A DNA stretch of 64,000 nt, taken from the NCBI GenBank assembly GCA_024641705.1, contig JAHECO010000005.1, forward strand, positions 12,770 to 76,769, in the 5' to 3' direction. The number at the start of each line of letters is the position of its first letter. Positions within the stretch are counted from its first letter, which is position 1. The DNA is from Candidatus Kryptoniota bacterium (GTDB taxonomy: Bacteria; Bacteroidota; Ignavibacteria; Kryptoniales; JAKASW01). Below are positions 34,461 through 46,314 of the stretch, piece by piece. Below the pieces are notes generated by a model. The model searched no databases and was not told the origin of the DNA. It saw only the letters and a program-made list of their open reading frames with translations. A program made the translations under genes and the position numbers.

Positions 34461-35999
34461 TTATTTCTGGGGAATCTCAAGCGCGAGATACTCGCTTACT
34501 TTGTCCTTCGTCTTCACGCGGAAGAGGAGGGCATCGCCGGGCTTGTGGGCGTCTACAATTTTCTCGAGATCGTCGGTGGACTTCACCGGCTTGCTGTCGA
34601 CGCTGGTAATCAGATCACCCTGCTGGATGCCACGGTTAAAGGCTTCGCTTGCCGGCTGCACACCAGTTACAACGACGCCGTATTTGGCATCATAATTCCC
34701 AAGCGTCGCTTTGTCCGCGTCCTGGACCGACAGGCCTAGCGAACTCAGGTTCGCTGAACCCCCCGATTCACTTCCGGAGACCGAAGCGAATGAGCTGCCG
34801 CTTCTCTCCTCCAGTGTTACGGTTTTGTCTTCCGTCTTTCCATCCCTGAAGATTTCCACCGTCGCCTTGTCTCCTGGAGCCTTTGACGCCACAAGGGCCT
34901 GAAGCTCGTTCGCATGGTTGACCCTCGTACCGTCGAATTTCAGGATAACGTCGCCCGATTTAATTCCTCCCTTTTCTGCGGGAGAGTTGCTTTCCACGCT
35001 CTGGACGAGGACTCCGCCGGCCGCTTTGAGCCCGATCGCTTTCGCCATGGTCTGGTCGATATCGGTTATCGCCACGCCGATGTAAGGGCGAAGCACTTTC
35101 CCGTGCTCTATGAGATCCGTAGCGACATGTTTGGCGATGTCTATCGGGATAGCGAAGCCGTATCCCTCGTAGCTCCCCGTGTTCGTAGCGATCGCTGTAT
35201 TGATTCCGACAACCCGGCCTCGCAGGTCGACAAGCGGGCCGCCGCTGTTTCCTGGATTGATTACCGCGTCCGTCTGAATGAAATCTTCAATTCCGTATTT
35301 ATTCCTGATGATGTTTATGTTGCGCCCGAGTGCGCTGATTATGCCCTGAGTGACCGTGTAATCGAGTCCGAACGGGTTGCCGACCGCCACAACCCATTCG
35401 CCGACGTGGACGCTGTCGGAATTACCCAAAGCCACATAAGGAAGATCGCTGCCATCTATCTTTATCACGGCGACGTCGGTGGTCGGGTCGCGCCCGATGA
35501 GCTTGGCATGGAACGTACGCCTGTCCAGCAGCGTAACCTTGATACCGTCGTGATCCGCTCCCTGTACGACATGGTTGTTGGTTATGATATAGCCGTCTGG
35601 GCTGACGATAACCCCCGAGCCGAGTGCCTGTTCCGGCTGCGGCTTGCCCTGGGGCATATTGAAATTGTGGAACGGGAAATCCGGCCCAAAGAAAAATTTG
35701 AACATATTATTCGGTGAGTTCTGGTCGTTGGGCACGTTGACGGCCTTCGGTGTCGAAGTGACCTGTATTTGCACGACCGCCGGTGTCACGGCCTTGGCGA
35801 CCGAAATGAAGGCGTCGCTGAGCTCCTGCACCGATGCCGACAAGTGCGTGATCGGAGGAGCAGCGGCCCCTAGTTTCACGTCTTTCTTGGAACCCCCGAT
35901 CTTTCCGAATGTGAGGCCCATAGTAAGGACGAAAACTGCGGCTATGACGCCGAGGGCGCCCGCCCCGTACAACAGTTTTCGTTTGATCATCTCTGCCAT
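34461..35999 (-). CDS. htrA: Do/DegP/HtrA-family periplasmic serine endoprotease with two PDZ domains
   Basis: 512 aa with an N-terminal TM/signal segment. The catalytic triad context is ITNNHVV, D..AVIKI and GNSGGPLVDLRG. Confidence 0.92.
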   Translation of the reverse strand: MAEMIKRKLLYGAGALGVIAAVFVLTMGLTFGKIGGSKKDVKLGAAAPPITHLSASVQELSDAFISVAKAVTPAVVQIQVTSTPKAVNVPNDQNSPNNMFKFFFGPDFPFHNFNMPQGKPQPEQALGSGVIVSPDGYIITNNHVVQGADHDGIKVTLLDRRTFHAKLIGRDPTTDVAVIKIDGSDLPYVALGNSDSVHVGEWVVAVGNPFGLDYTVTQGIISALGRNINIIRNKYGIEDFIQTDAVINPGNSGGPLVDLRGRVVGINTAIATNTGSYEGYGFAIPIDIAKHVATDLIEHGKVLRPYIGVAITDIDQTMAKAIGLKAAGGVLVQSVESNSPAEKGGIKSGDVILKFDGTRVNHANELQALVASKAPGDKATVEIFRDGKTEDKTVTLEERSGSSFASVSGSESGGSANLSSLGLSVQDADKATLGNYDAKYGVVVTGVQPASEAFNRGIQQGDLITSVDSKPVKSTDDLEKIVDAHKPGDALLFRVKTKDKVSEYLALEIPQK

Positions 36000-36418
36000 T
36001 TCTTTTCTCCTTTTTGCTGCAATAATATTGCCATGACCCCGTGAAACGACAATTAAAACGACATGAAAAGATTTTCACATATCCGGCGGCTCGCGCCAAG
36101 GCATCATTCGGGGAGAGATCACAGGGATGATGAAATCATGCGGGCGTATTGCCTTATCGATTCTTGAATATGATCAGCTGGATCGTCTTCCACGCGCTGC
36201 GACATGTCCGACAAGTCGGGAGATTTTGCGGGTAAGACAAGATTGGGTATCGCAGTCGTGTCGTCGGTGGTTCTTAGGATAATTTTCTTTGTTCTGTGTA
36301 GTTCGTGTTGGTCCAGGTGGGCTTTTTCATCCGTCGTTAAAGAGCTAATGCCTTCTGAACCGCATAGTTACCGAAATTATCGATTGAATATATAGGCCGT
36401 AAATTTTATATTTCTTAA

Positions 36419-37845
<1,427 letters not shown>

Positions 37846-37846
<1 letters not shown>

Positions 37847-38274
37847 TGACTGCACAGAACGAAACAGCCGTCGGCAGTTTCTTCAAGCTGGAGATCCTCA
37901 CTCCTCAGAAGAGCGCATTCTCCGGAGAAGTCGAGTCTTTCACGGCTCCCGGTACCCTGGGGTCGTTCGAGATCCTCAAGAATCACGCTCCGTTTCTGAC
38001 GACTATTTCGGTGGGGGAAGTCAAGATACATGAGCACAACGGAAACGAGACCCTCTACTCGACGAGCGGTGGATTCGTAGAAGTAAGCCACAATCGCGTG
38101 ACGTTTCTGGCGGAGACCATCGAGAAGAGGGGGGAGATCGACGTCGAGAGAGCAAGATCCGCTAAGGAGCGGGCGGAAGAACGCTTGTCGAATAAAGAGC
38201 CGGGGACAGATATTGCCAGGGCGCAGGCCGCGCTCGCCCGCGCTCTCAACCGCCTCAGGGTCTCCGGGAAATAG
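37846..38274 (+). CDS. atpC: F0F1 ATP synthase subunit epsilon
   Basis: The start is set at ATG 37846, overlapping the atpD TAA (TAATG), rather than the track's 37759. The sequence FKLEILTPQKSAFSGEVESFTAPGTLGSFEILKNHAPFLT fits epsilon. Confidence 0.9.
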
Positions 38275-38370
38275 CGCAGCGCAGTCCGGGTCTTGTGCCC
38301 TCCACAGTGTCCGCGTTCCTTTCTTGTTTGAGACACCATCCAAAGTTAAATTTACCGGCGAGGAGAGAAA

Positions 38371-40104
38371 TTGTATAAGTTTGCCCTAGTAGTTATATGC
38401 GCATGTACGATCGGCATTATGGGATGCTCGTCCGGGAGTGAAGTGTCTAAGAACGCAGCAGAGCATGAGCCCGAGCAGGATCTCATTGCCACTAATCCCA
38501 ATTACCGCACCGCGATGAACCATTTCATGTCCGGTAATCTCAGCGACGTAAAAGGCGAGTTTGCCCGGGCGATCCTGGATTATCAGGATGCGCTTAGATA
38601 TTACAGAGATCCGGCCATTTATGACGCCATGGCACAGGACTACGTGAAGATCGGAAAGCCCGACCTTGCGATCGAGCAGTCGAAACAGGCCGTAGCTATG
38701 GCACCTGAGAAAATACAGTATCGCCGGACTCTTGCTCAATGTTACCTCGCCGGCTTCGATGTGGACAGCGCCAGGATTCAGTACCGGAAAATCCTTTCCA
38801 TCGACAGCACACAGGTCCAGGACATGCTTGTCCTGGCACAGCTGTATGAGCGCGACAAACCTGCGGAGGCTGCCCGCCTGTACGAGAGGGTGCTGCGGCT
38901 GACCGGCCCGAATCTCCCGACGATGATGCAGCTTGTGAAGATATACAACGGCACGGAGCAGTTCGACAAATCGATAGATGTCGTCAACAAGATGCTCAGA
39001 GTCGACCCGACGAACGTCCCGCTGAAGGAAATGCTCGCCGATCTGTATTTGCAGGTGGATAAAAATGGAGAGGCGCTGAAGATACTAAAGGCACTGATGA
39101 TCGAGAGGAAGGACGATTACAACGTTAAGGCCCGCGCAGCCACGGCATACCTCCGCATGAGAGACTTCGCAAGCGCCGACAGCCTGCTCGACACGATATT
39201 CACTTCCGATTCGACGCGTGCGGACGCGAAGTTCGCAATTGCCCAGTTTTATCTCAACGAGATGCAGCACGATTCGGCGGTAGTGCCGTTTGCCGAACAG
39301 ATATTTTCACGACTCATGGCCGCTTATCCCGGCGACGCGCGCGCGTACCTGATGGCGGGTCTGGGAGCTTCGTATGCGGACAAAGACTCGGCGGCCGAAT
39401 TCTACCTCAGGAAATCCATCGCAATGGATTCGACAAACCCCAATGCCTGGCAGGCACTCGGCATTCTCTTCTATCAGAACAAGCATTTCAACCGCATGGT
39501 ACAAGTGATGACCAGAGCTGCCGAATTGTTTCCGAACGAGTACAGGATAAACCTGTTTCTCGGCCTCGCGCTCAACCAGGCCGGGAAGAACGAGCAGGCC
39601 ATAGGTCCTCTCGAAAAAGCCGTTTCGCTCCGACCTACCGACACCGACGCTCTCAGTACGCTGGGTCAGGTCTACGAGTCACTGCACAGGTACGACGATG
39701 CGTACAGGATTTACGAGACGGCACTCAAGCTGGACGCCAAGAATTCTTTGATCCTCAATAACTACGCGTACAGCCTGTCCGAGCGCGGGCTGGATCTGGA
39801 GAAAGCCTTGAAAATGGCGAAGCTTGCAGTTCAGCTCGACCCGAACAACAGCGCCTATCTCGACACCATGGGCTGGGTTTACTTCAAGCTCGGCGACTAT
39901 CGTAAAGCCGAGTCATACGTCAGCAAGGCACTGGAGCAGAGGCAGAAGTCCGACGGATCCCCGGCCACGCTGGAGGAGCACCTGGGCGACATCTATGATA
40001 AACTGGGCGAGAACGAGAAGGCCGTCGGACATTGGAAGAAGGCGCTTCAGGATGAGCCCGGCAACGCAACTCTCAAAGAGAAGATCGAGAAAGCCAAGAC
40101 TTGA
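38371..40104 (+). CDS. tetratricopeptide-repeat lipoprotein
   Basis: 577 aa with a TTG start and lipobox IMGC. It contains many TPR-like 34-aa repeats. Confidence 0.8.
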   Translation: MYKFALVVICACTIGIMGCSSGSEVSKNAAEHEPEQDLIATNPNYRTAMNHFMSGNLSDVKGEFARAILDYQDALRYYRDPAIYDAMAQDYVKIGKPDLAIEQSKQAVAMAPEKIQYRRTLAQCYLAGFDVDSARIQYRKILSIDSTQVQDMLVLAQLYERDKPAEAARLYERVLRLTGPNLPTMMQLVKIYNGTEQFDKSIDVVNKMLRVDPTNVPLKEMLADLYLQVDKNGEALKILKALMIERKDDYNVKARAATAYLRMRDFASADSLLDTIFTSDSTRADAKFAIAQFYLNEMQHDSAVVPFAEQIFSRLMAAYPGDARAYLMAGLGASYADKDSAAEFYLRKSIAMDSTNPNAWQALGILFYQNKHFNRMVQVMTRAAELFPNEYRINLFLGLALNQAGKNEQAIGPLEKAVSLRPTDTDALSTLGQVYESLHRYDDAYRIYETALKLDAKNSLILNNYAYSLSERGLDLEKALKMAKLAVQLDPNNSAYLDTMGWVYFKLGDYRKAESYVSKALEQRQKSDGSPATLEEHLGDIYDKLGENEKAVGHWKKALQDEPGNATLKEKIEKAKT

Positions 40105-40859
40105 AAAAACTCCTCCTGTTCCTTCTTTCCGGCCTGATCGCGGGGTGTGCAGCTACAAGTTCCGTCGACCTGACGGGAGTCACTGCGCAGAGGATTGCCG
40201 ACGAGGTCGCGAGCCAGGCGGGGGAGATCCATTATTTTTCGACAAGCGGGTACGGAAGCTTCGAGACGAAGCAGGGCGCATACACTGCCCGGTTTGAGAT
40301 GTCGATCCACAGACCTTCGTCGGCAACGGTCAGTCTCTACGGACCTTTCGGCATCAAGATGGCGCAGGTCAGACTGACCGACGACACGCTACTCGTGTAC
40401 AACAGCATCCGTAACGTGGTTTTCATGGGAAAGCCTACTGCGTCTAACCTGAGGAACTTTCTCATGATTGCCTCGGACGGCAGTTCGTTCACCGACCTCC
40501 TGCTTGATCTTATGCCGCCGGTCCCCCACATCACTGATGCCCGGGAGTCGAGGCAAGTCGACGGGGACGCGGTCAGCTTCACATTCGTTAGCGGAGATAC
40601 CGTCGAGAAATACACGGTGGATGGCGAATATCTGAGAACAAGCGATTACGAAAAAACAATCGACGGTGAGACGGTCCTCAGGATACAATACTCGGATTTC
40701 AAGAATGTGGGAAGGATTACATACCCGAGAAGCATAACTTTTGAAGACCTGAGACATGGAGTATCGGCAAAACTATACTACCAGGACACAGCGTTAAATC
40801 AAAAGGAGAGCGTGGAATTCAGCGTTCCGTCCGATGCGAAGGAAATCTTCCTTAACTAA
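40101..40859 (+). CDS. LolB-like / DUF4292-type lipoprotein
   Basis: 252 aa with a TTG start overlapping the upstream stop and lipobox LIAGC. Its position between a TPR protein and an M23 peptidase matches the FCB-group arrangement I recall. Confidence 0.6.
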   Translation: MKKLLLFLLSGLIAGCAATSSVDLTGVTAQRIADEVASQAGEIHYFSTSGYGSFETKQGAYTARFEMSIHRPSSATVSLYGPFGIKMAQVRLTDDTLLVYNSIRNVVFMGKPTASNLRNFLMIASDGSSFTDLLLDLMPPVPHITDARESRQVDGDAVSFTFVSGDTVEKYTVDGEYLRTSDYEKTIDGETVLRIQYSDFKNVGRITYPRSITFEDLRHGVSAKLYYQDTALNQKESVEFSVPSDAKEIFLN

Positions 40860-42051
40860 GACGATACTGCTTCTAGTTTCCGTCGCGGTTCTTTCTTCGT
40901 CGGCCGCCCTTGGACAGAATAAGCCCAAGCTGAACAAGAAGAAGCAGGAACTCTCCCGGATTCGCGGGAACATAAAGCTGTACGAGAAGAAACTCGCCGA
41001 GAGCAGCCAGAAGGAATCGGTCTCGCTTGCGACGCTCGACAGCCTCGAGAGACAAAACCTCAAGACGCGCCAGTTGATCAAGAGCATATCGGACCAGATC
41101 GCGCGCAACTCAGCCAACATCAGATCCGTTGAAAAGAAGATCGGCGACGCTACCGAGCGGCTCGGAAGGCTTACCACAGAATATGCCCATTTTGCCAGGA
41201 GTTTCTACGAGCGCGGCAGGATGCACGACCTGGAACTTATTCTCACGTCCACGTCCGTGAATGAAATGCTTGTCCGCTACGAATACCTGAAGAGGTTTTC
41301 CGACCAGACGCGGACAGACATGAATTCCATTACCCTCGAGAGAGACAGGCTCACCGGGCTGAAGAGCCAGCTCGGCAAGCAGCTCGCGCAGCAGCAGGAT
41401 TATCTCGGAAGGAAGAGCGTCGAGGAGCGGAGACTTGCCTCGAGAATCGGAGAGCACAAGAGGGTCATCAGCCAGCTGCGGAAAAACAAGAAGGTCTACG
41501 CTCAGCAGCTGAAGCGATCTCAGGCAGCGGCTACGGAGCTCGAAAAATTGATACAGAATCTTATAGCGGAAGAGGCCCGCAAGCGCGCAGCTGCCAAACA
41601 TACTTACGAGACTTATGATGAAACCCCGCCGTCCACTCTGGCCGAAAGCCTCACGGGACTGAAAGGGCATCTGCCGTGGCCTGTCGGAAAGGGGAAAGTC
41701 GTCGCCAAATTCGGCGAACAGGAAAATCCGGTGCTGAAGACTGTGACGCTGAACTACGGCATCGATATCTCCGTCCCCGAGAATTCGCAGGTAAGAAGCG
41801 TTGCCGGCGGAGAGGTGTCCAGAATCTTCTGGCTTCCGTCTTACGGGAACCTGGTTATCATCGATAATTACAACGGTCTGCGGACTGTCTACTCTCATCT
41901 CTCGGACATATTCGTGAAGGAAGGAGAAAAAGTGAAAGCGCTCGAACCTATCGGGACTGTCGGCGAGTCCCTTGGCGGATCCATTTTACATTTTGAAGTG
42001 TGGTTGGACACGAACAAACAGGATCCGGAGACATGGTTAAGCAAGAGATAA
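40834..42051 (+). CDS. M23 family peptidase with N-terminal coiled coil (EnvC-like murein hydrolase activator)
   Basis: 405 aa with a signal peptide and a long coiled-coil region. The C-terminal M23 domain reads GIDISVPENSQVRSVAGGEV...VYSHLSDIFVKEGEKVKALEPIGTVG...LHFEV. Confidence 0.85.
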   Translation: MRRKSSLTKTILLLVSVAVLSSSAALGQNKPKLNKKKQELSRIRGNIKLYEKKLAESSQKESVSLATLDSLERQNLKTRQLIKSISDQIARNSANIRSVEKKIGDATERLGRLTTEYAHFARSFYERGRMHDLELILTSTSVNEMLVRYEYLKRFSDQTRTDMNSITLERDRLTGLKSQLGKQLAQQQDYLGRKSVEERRLASRIGEHKRVISQLRKNKKVYAQQLKRSQAAATELEKLIQNLIAEEARKRAAAKHTYETYDETPPSTLAESLTGLKGHLPWPVGKGKVVAKFGEQENPVLKTVTLNYGIDISVPENSQVRSVAGGEVSRIFWLPSYGNLVIIDNYNGLRTVYSHLSDIFVKEGEKVKALEPIGTVGESLGGSILHFEVWLDTNKQDPETWLSKR

Positions 42052-43334
42052 GGCACGAATCCCGACTTCGTCAATTTTTCTACTCCTATGTCTTCATACC
42101 TTTCATGTATCTTGCCTTCTTTGCCATGTCGCTTTTCAATGACAAGGCGCGCAGAGGGCTGAAGGGGCGGAAACACCTGTTCGCGAGGCTGGAAGCCGCA
42201 CTGTCAAATGTACCTGCGGACAGGCGCGTCTGGTTCCATGCGTCGTCACTCGGGGAATTCGAACAGGCAAAGCCAATTATCGACATTCTCAGGCAAGCGG
42301 GGTACAGGATCGTCGTTTCGTTCTTCTCCCCGTCGGGATATGAGTACTCGAAGAACTACACGGGCGCCGATCTCGTGACCTACATACCGCTGGACACCCC
42401 AGGGAATGCCCGGAGGTTTGTCTCGCTGGTCAAACCGCGGGCGGTCGTTGTCATGAGGTACGATTTGTGGCGCAACCATCTCCGCGAAGCGAAAAGAATC
42501 GGCGCCAAGATAGTTCTCGCTGACGCGACGTTTCCCTCCAGGCTTTTCTATCGAGCCGAGTTCCTGCGACAGTTCTACCGCGGACTTTATGCCTTGCCTG
42601 ACGCGATCCTTGCGACCACCGCCGAACATAAGAGGATGTTCGATTTCTTCCTCGGGTCCGACGTGACGACAGTGACCGGCGACAGCCGCTTCGACCGGGT
42701 GTACAACAGGAGCCTCTCGAACAACATGGCACAGAATCTTCCGTTCTCGATCGACAAATCGCGGAAGACCGTTCTCCTTCTCGGAAGCACGTGGCGCCAG
42801 GACTTGGAAGTGCTCGCCGGCGGCGTCAACCGCATGCTGAAGAAAATTCCTACCCTCAAGGTGATAATCGTCCCGCACGAACCGACAGCCGAAGAGGTTG
42901 CGAACATAAGGAAGGATTTCCCGGGTGCAAAAGTACTCTCAGAGATCAACGGAAGTAACGGCGCGAAATTCTCCTCGCTTATCGTCGACCGTGTGGGAAT
43001 TCTGACCCAGCTGTACGTCATGGCAGACGTTGCTTATGTGGGCGGGGGCTTCGGAGCCGGCGTCCACAATGTTCTCGAACCTGCCGTCTACGGCATACCT
43101 GTCATTACAGGACCGAGGATAGAGCGTTCCGATGAGGCCGTCCAGCTTCTGCAATCCGGCGGACTTTTCTTTGTTAAGGATCCTTCAAGCGCGTACAGGG
43201 TTCTCCTCAAGATGATAGAGGACCGTGGTGCGAGGGAGCAGGCAGGCAAGGTAGCGAAGGGCTTCGTGGACATGCATCTCGGAGCATCCGCCGCAGTAGC
43301 CGCAAAGGTGAAGGAAATGTGCGGTGGTGAATAA
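42033..43334 (+). CDS. waaA: 3-deoxy-D-manno-octulosonic acid transferase
   Basis: The start is set at ATG 42033, whereas the track uses 42000. The sequence has VWFHASSLGEFEQAKPII, VPHEP and VGGGFG..VHNVLEPAVYG motifs. Confidence 0.88.
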   Translation: MVKQEIRHESRLRQFFYSYVFIPFMYLAFFAMSLFNDKARRGLKGRKHLFARLEAALSNVPADRRVWFHASSLGEFEQAKPIIDILRQAGYRIVVSFFSPSGYEYSKNYTGADLVTYIPLDTPGNARRFVSLVKPRAVVVMRYDLWRNHLREAKRIGAKIVLADATFPSRLFYRAEFLRQFYRGLYALPDAILATTAEHKRMFDFFLGSDVTTVTGDSRFDRVYNRSLSNNMAQNLPFSIDKSRKTVLLLGSTWRQDLEVLAGGVNRMLKKIPTLKVIIVPHEPTAEEVANIRKDFPGAKVLSEINGSNGAKFSSLIVDRVGILTQLYVMADVAYVGGGFGAGVHNVLEPAVYGIPVITGPRIERSDEAVQLLQSGGLFFVKDPSSAYRVLLKMIEDRGAREQAGKVAKGFVDMHLGASAAVAAKVKEMCGGE

Positions 43335-45057
43335 GGTAAGGGAAAAGCAGAAGTATTTCCTTGTCCTGTTGGTCTTCCTCGTAGTGGCATTCGTGCTCGT
43401 CTGGAAATTCGGTGTCGGTCCAAAATTGCACGCGGGAAAACTTGAGCCGTCAAACTTCTTCAGGCTCCCGCTCCTCACCTTTTACTCGTTCCTCAGGATG
43501 CTGGCCGCCTATGTGCTCGCCCTCTTCTTCTCGCTCGCATACGGATATTACGCGGGAACGAACAGGAGAATGGAGAAGGTGCTGGTGCCGCTGCTCGATA
43601 TCCTCCAGAGTGTTCCCGTCCTCGGGTTCTTCCCGGCTGCGATCTACTTTTTTGTAAGCGTGTTTCACCACAGCCATTTCGGCGTCGAATTGGCAAGCGT
43701 CTTCCTGATATTCACCAGCCAGGCGTGGAACATGGCGTTCGGTGTTTACGAGACGATGGTGACGCTTCCCAAAGAGGCTATAGACGCGCTCGATTCACTG
43801 AACATACGCGGATGGCTCCGCTACCGCAGGTTCTACCTTCCTTCCGCCGTCCCGAAACTCGTATACAACAGCATAATGTCGTGGGCAGGCGGCTGGTATA
43901 TCCTTACGGCGTGCGAACTCATTGCGATCGGCCAGGCAAACTACTCTCTTGCCGGGATAGGAAGCTTCCTGTTCAGGTCGGCCGAGGCGGGTTCCGGTAT
44001 GGGATTGTTTCTGGGCCTTGTCACACTGATCTCCCTCATCACCGTTTTGCACCTTGTCGTGTGGCGCCCGCTCACTATTTGGGCGGAGAGATTCAGGTAC
44101 GAGTTTGTCGTCTCGACTGTCAGCACGAATCAACCGGCAATCTTTTCGGCATGGCGCAACGTTGGCGGACGTTTGCACCATGTCAACGTGCCCGATAAGT
44201 TGGCTCGCGTGTACTCCAAAGTCATAAGGCACGGTATGTCGGTCGTTTCCGTCAAACTCAGGGAAATATATAGTCACCTGTCAGCGATCGTCCCAAAGAA
44301 GCTTATCGGCAAAGCCATTAAGCTCGCATTTCTGATCTTGGGTCTCTACTTGCTCGTCGAGTTTTCAATCGGTGTGTATTCGCTTTTCAGGATGCCTCTG
44401 CCCAAGGAAGCGGCCGACATTCCCCTCGCCATCTTTTTCTCGATGCTAAGGCTCATCGTGGCATTTATCATCTCGCTTTTGTGGACGGTTCCCGTTTCTG
44501 TATGGATCGGGGAAAACGAGAAGGTCTCGAGGATCCTTATGCCAGTGATAGAGATTGCCGCATCGATTCCGGCCACCGCGCTTTTTCCGGTTGTGCTCCT
44601 TTTCTTCATCAATTCTTTCGGGGGAATGAACCTTGCGGCGATCGTGCTCATCCTGACAGGCATGCAGTGGTACATAATCTTCAACCTCGTGGCGGGTGTC
44701 AGGAACATACCAGGCGACCTGAAAGAAGTCGCGACTGCTTTCGGCATGAAACGAAGACAGTATTGGCTGAAAGTACTTCTTCCTGCGATGATGCCGTCGT
44801 TGATCACGGGCAGCATCACGGGGTGGGGCGGAGGTTGGAACGCGTTGATCGTTTCGGAGTATGTGGTGTTCGGTGGGACAGTATACTCCGTACTTGGGAT
44901 CGGTGCGCTGCTGGACAAAGCGACCTACCAATTGGGCAGCCAATCGTTGATGGTGTTGTCGGTTGTAAGCCTCGTCATTTTCATCGTGTTGATAAATCGC
45001 TTCTTCTGGCGTAAACTATACAAAATTGCCGCAGAAAGATTCAAAATCGAGTACTGA
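43324..45057 (+). CDS. ABC transporter permease, duplicated (two fused BPD-type transmembrane domains), NitT/TauT-like
   Basis: 577 aa polytopic protein. It has two permease cores (LLDILQSVPVLGFFP... and VIEIAASIPATALFPVVLLF...), each followed by an EAA-like loop. Confidence 0.85.
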   Translation: MVNKVREKQKYFLVLLVFLVVAFVLVWKFGVGPKLHAGKLEPSNFFRLPLLTFYSFLRMLAAYVLALFFSLAYGYYAGTNRRMEKVLVPLLDILQSVPVLGFFPAAIYFFVSVFHHSHFGVELASVFLIFTSQAWNMAFGVYETMVTLPKEAIDALDSLNIRGWLRYRRFYLPSAVPKLVYNSIMSWAGGWYILTACELIAIGQANYSLAGIGSFLFRSAEAGSGMGLFLGLVTLISLITVLHLVVWRPLTIWAERFRYEFVVSTVSTNQPAIFSAWRNVGGRLHHVNVPDKLARVYSKVIRHGMSVVSVKLREIYSHLSAIVPKKLIGKAIKLAFLILGLYLLVEFSIGVYSLFRMPLPKEAADIPLAIFFSMLRLIVAFIISLLWTVPVSVWIGENEKVSRILMPVIEIAASIPATALFPVVLLFFINSFGGMNLAAIVLILTGMQWYIIFNLVAGVRNIPGDLKEVATAFGMKRRQYWLKVLLPAMMPSLITGSITGWGGGWNALIVSEYVVFGGTVYSVLGIGALLDKATYQLGSQSLMVLSVVSLVIFIVLINRFFWRKLYKIAAERFKIEY

Positions 45058-45060
45058 TTG

Positions 45061-45810
45061 ATGCCCCTGATCAAAGTGGACCATGTCGTCAAAGAATTCC
45101 CGCGTGAGCATTCTTCCTTGCTTGTCCTCGATGACATCAACGTAGAGGTCCAGGACGGCGAGTTTGTGGCGCTTGTCGGCCCGTCGGGCAGCGGGAAGAG
45201 CACCTTGCTCCGCACGATGACAGGTCTGATCATGCCCACCAGGGGACAGGTGCTCTACAAGGATAAGCCGCTTCGCGACGTCAACCTGGAGTCGGCTATG
45301 GTCTTCCAATCTTTCGCGCTGCTCCCCTGGCTTACGGTTCAGGGAAATGTGGAACTTGGATTGGAGGCGCGAAGTATCTCGCCGGAGGGGCGAAAGAAGA
45401 AGGCAGAGTTCTACATCGAACAGGTCGGTCTCGCCGGTTTCGAGGAAGCTTATCCGCGAGAACTTTCAGGGGGGATGAAGCAGCGCGTCGGGCTCGCGCG
45501 TGCGCTGGCAATAGAGCCGAAGATCCTGTGCATGGACGAGCCGTTTTCTGCTCTCGATGCACTTACTGCTGCTAACCTGCGTGAGGAAGTAATACGGCTC
45601 TGGTCGGAAGAGACATTTCCCGTAGACACGGTTTTGATGGTCACTCACCTTATCGAAGAGGCGGTCGCGATGGCGAGCAGGGTGATCGTTATGTCGGCAC
45701 ATCCCGGAAAAATTGTCGGCGATATCAAGATAGATTTGCCATATCCCCGTAACAAGATGGACGAACAGTTCAACCAGTATTGCGATAGTCTGTTCGCCAT
45801 GATAACATAA
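45061..45810 (+). CDS. ABC transporter ATP-binding protein (nitrate/sulfonate/bicarbonate-type)
   Basis: Walker A GPSGSGKST, Q-loop, signature LSGGMKQR, Walker B LCMDEPFSALD and H-loop VTH. The start could be ATG 45061 or TTG 45058. Confidence 0.92.
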   Translation: MPLIKVDHVVKEFPREHSSLLVLDDINVEVQDGEFVALVGPSGSGKSTLLRTMTGLIMPTRGQVLYKDKPLRDVNLESAMVFQSFALLPWLTVQGNVELGLEARSISPEGRKKKAEFYIEQVGLAGFEEAYPRELSGGMKQRVGLARALAIEPKILCMDEPFSALDALTAANLREEVIRLWSEETFPVDTVLMVTHLIEEAVAMASRVIVMSAHPGKIVGDIKIDLPYPRNKMDEQFNQYCDSLFAMIT

Positions 45811-45823
45811 GAGAGAGGAGTAT

Positions 45824-46306
45824 ATGAACGTAGAACCCCTGCCACGAGCGGGAGTGAGCAAAATTGTCGGTCTTCTGGAAATCCTCGAGGATAAGGGGGG
45901 AAAAGACGATATTTACAAGCTTGCGAGAGACAGCGGTCTCGAATTCGGCGAATTCCTGGGCATAATAAAGGGCGCGGAAATGCTTGGGTTCGTCGACACC
46001 CCTCCGGGCGACATAATCATAACCGAGGCCGGTACGGCGATGCTGAAGGGAAAGATCAAGGCCAGGAAGAAGTTTTTCAAAAATCAGCTGAAGAAGCTCC
46101 AGACTATTCAGCTGATACTCGATGCGGTGAAACGGGCAGAATCTCAGCGACTCGAAAGGGACGTCGTACTTGACATAATCGCCATTCATTTCCCGAACGA
46201 AGAGCCTGACGGCTTCTTCGACACCCTTGTCGACTGGGGCAGGTACGCCGAGTTGTTCGGGTACGACGCGGACGAAGAAGTGTTTTACCTCGATCACGAG
46301 AATTGA
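45824..46306 (+). CDS. standalone AAA-associated (ABC ATPase C-terminal-associated) domain protein
   Basis: 160 aa with the pattern GLLEILEDKGGKDDIYKLARDSGLEFGEFLGIIKGAEMLGFV...WGRYAELFGYD. This matches my memory of the domain usually fused to the C-terminus of NitT/TauT-type ATPases. Confidence 0.65.
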   Translation: MNVEPLPRAGVSKIVGLLEILEDKGGKDDIYKLARDSGLEFGEFLGIIKGAEMLGFVDTPPGDIIITEAGTAMLKGKIKARKKFFKNQLKKLQTIQLILDAVKRAESQRLERDVVLDIIAIHFPNEEPDGFFDTLVDWGRYAELFGYDADEEVFYLDHEN

Positions 46307-46314
46307 AAGGAGTT

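Noticed and set aside
36204-36395. A 63-aa plus-strand ORF upstream of atpD
   Set aside because: It has no ribosome-binding site, and the only hydrophobic stretch is short. It lies in the divergent htrA/atpD promoter region. The evidence is insufficient to call a gene.
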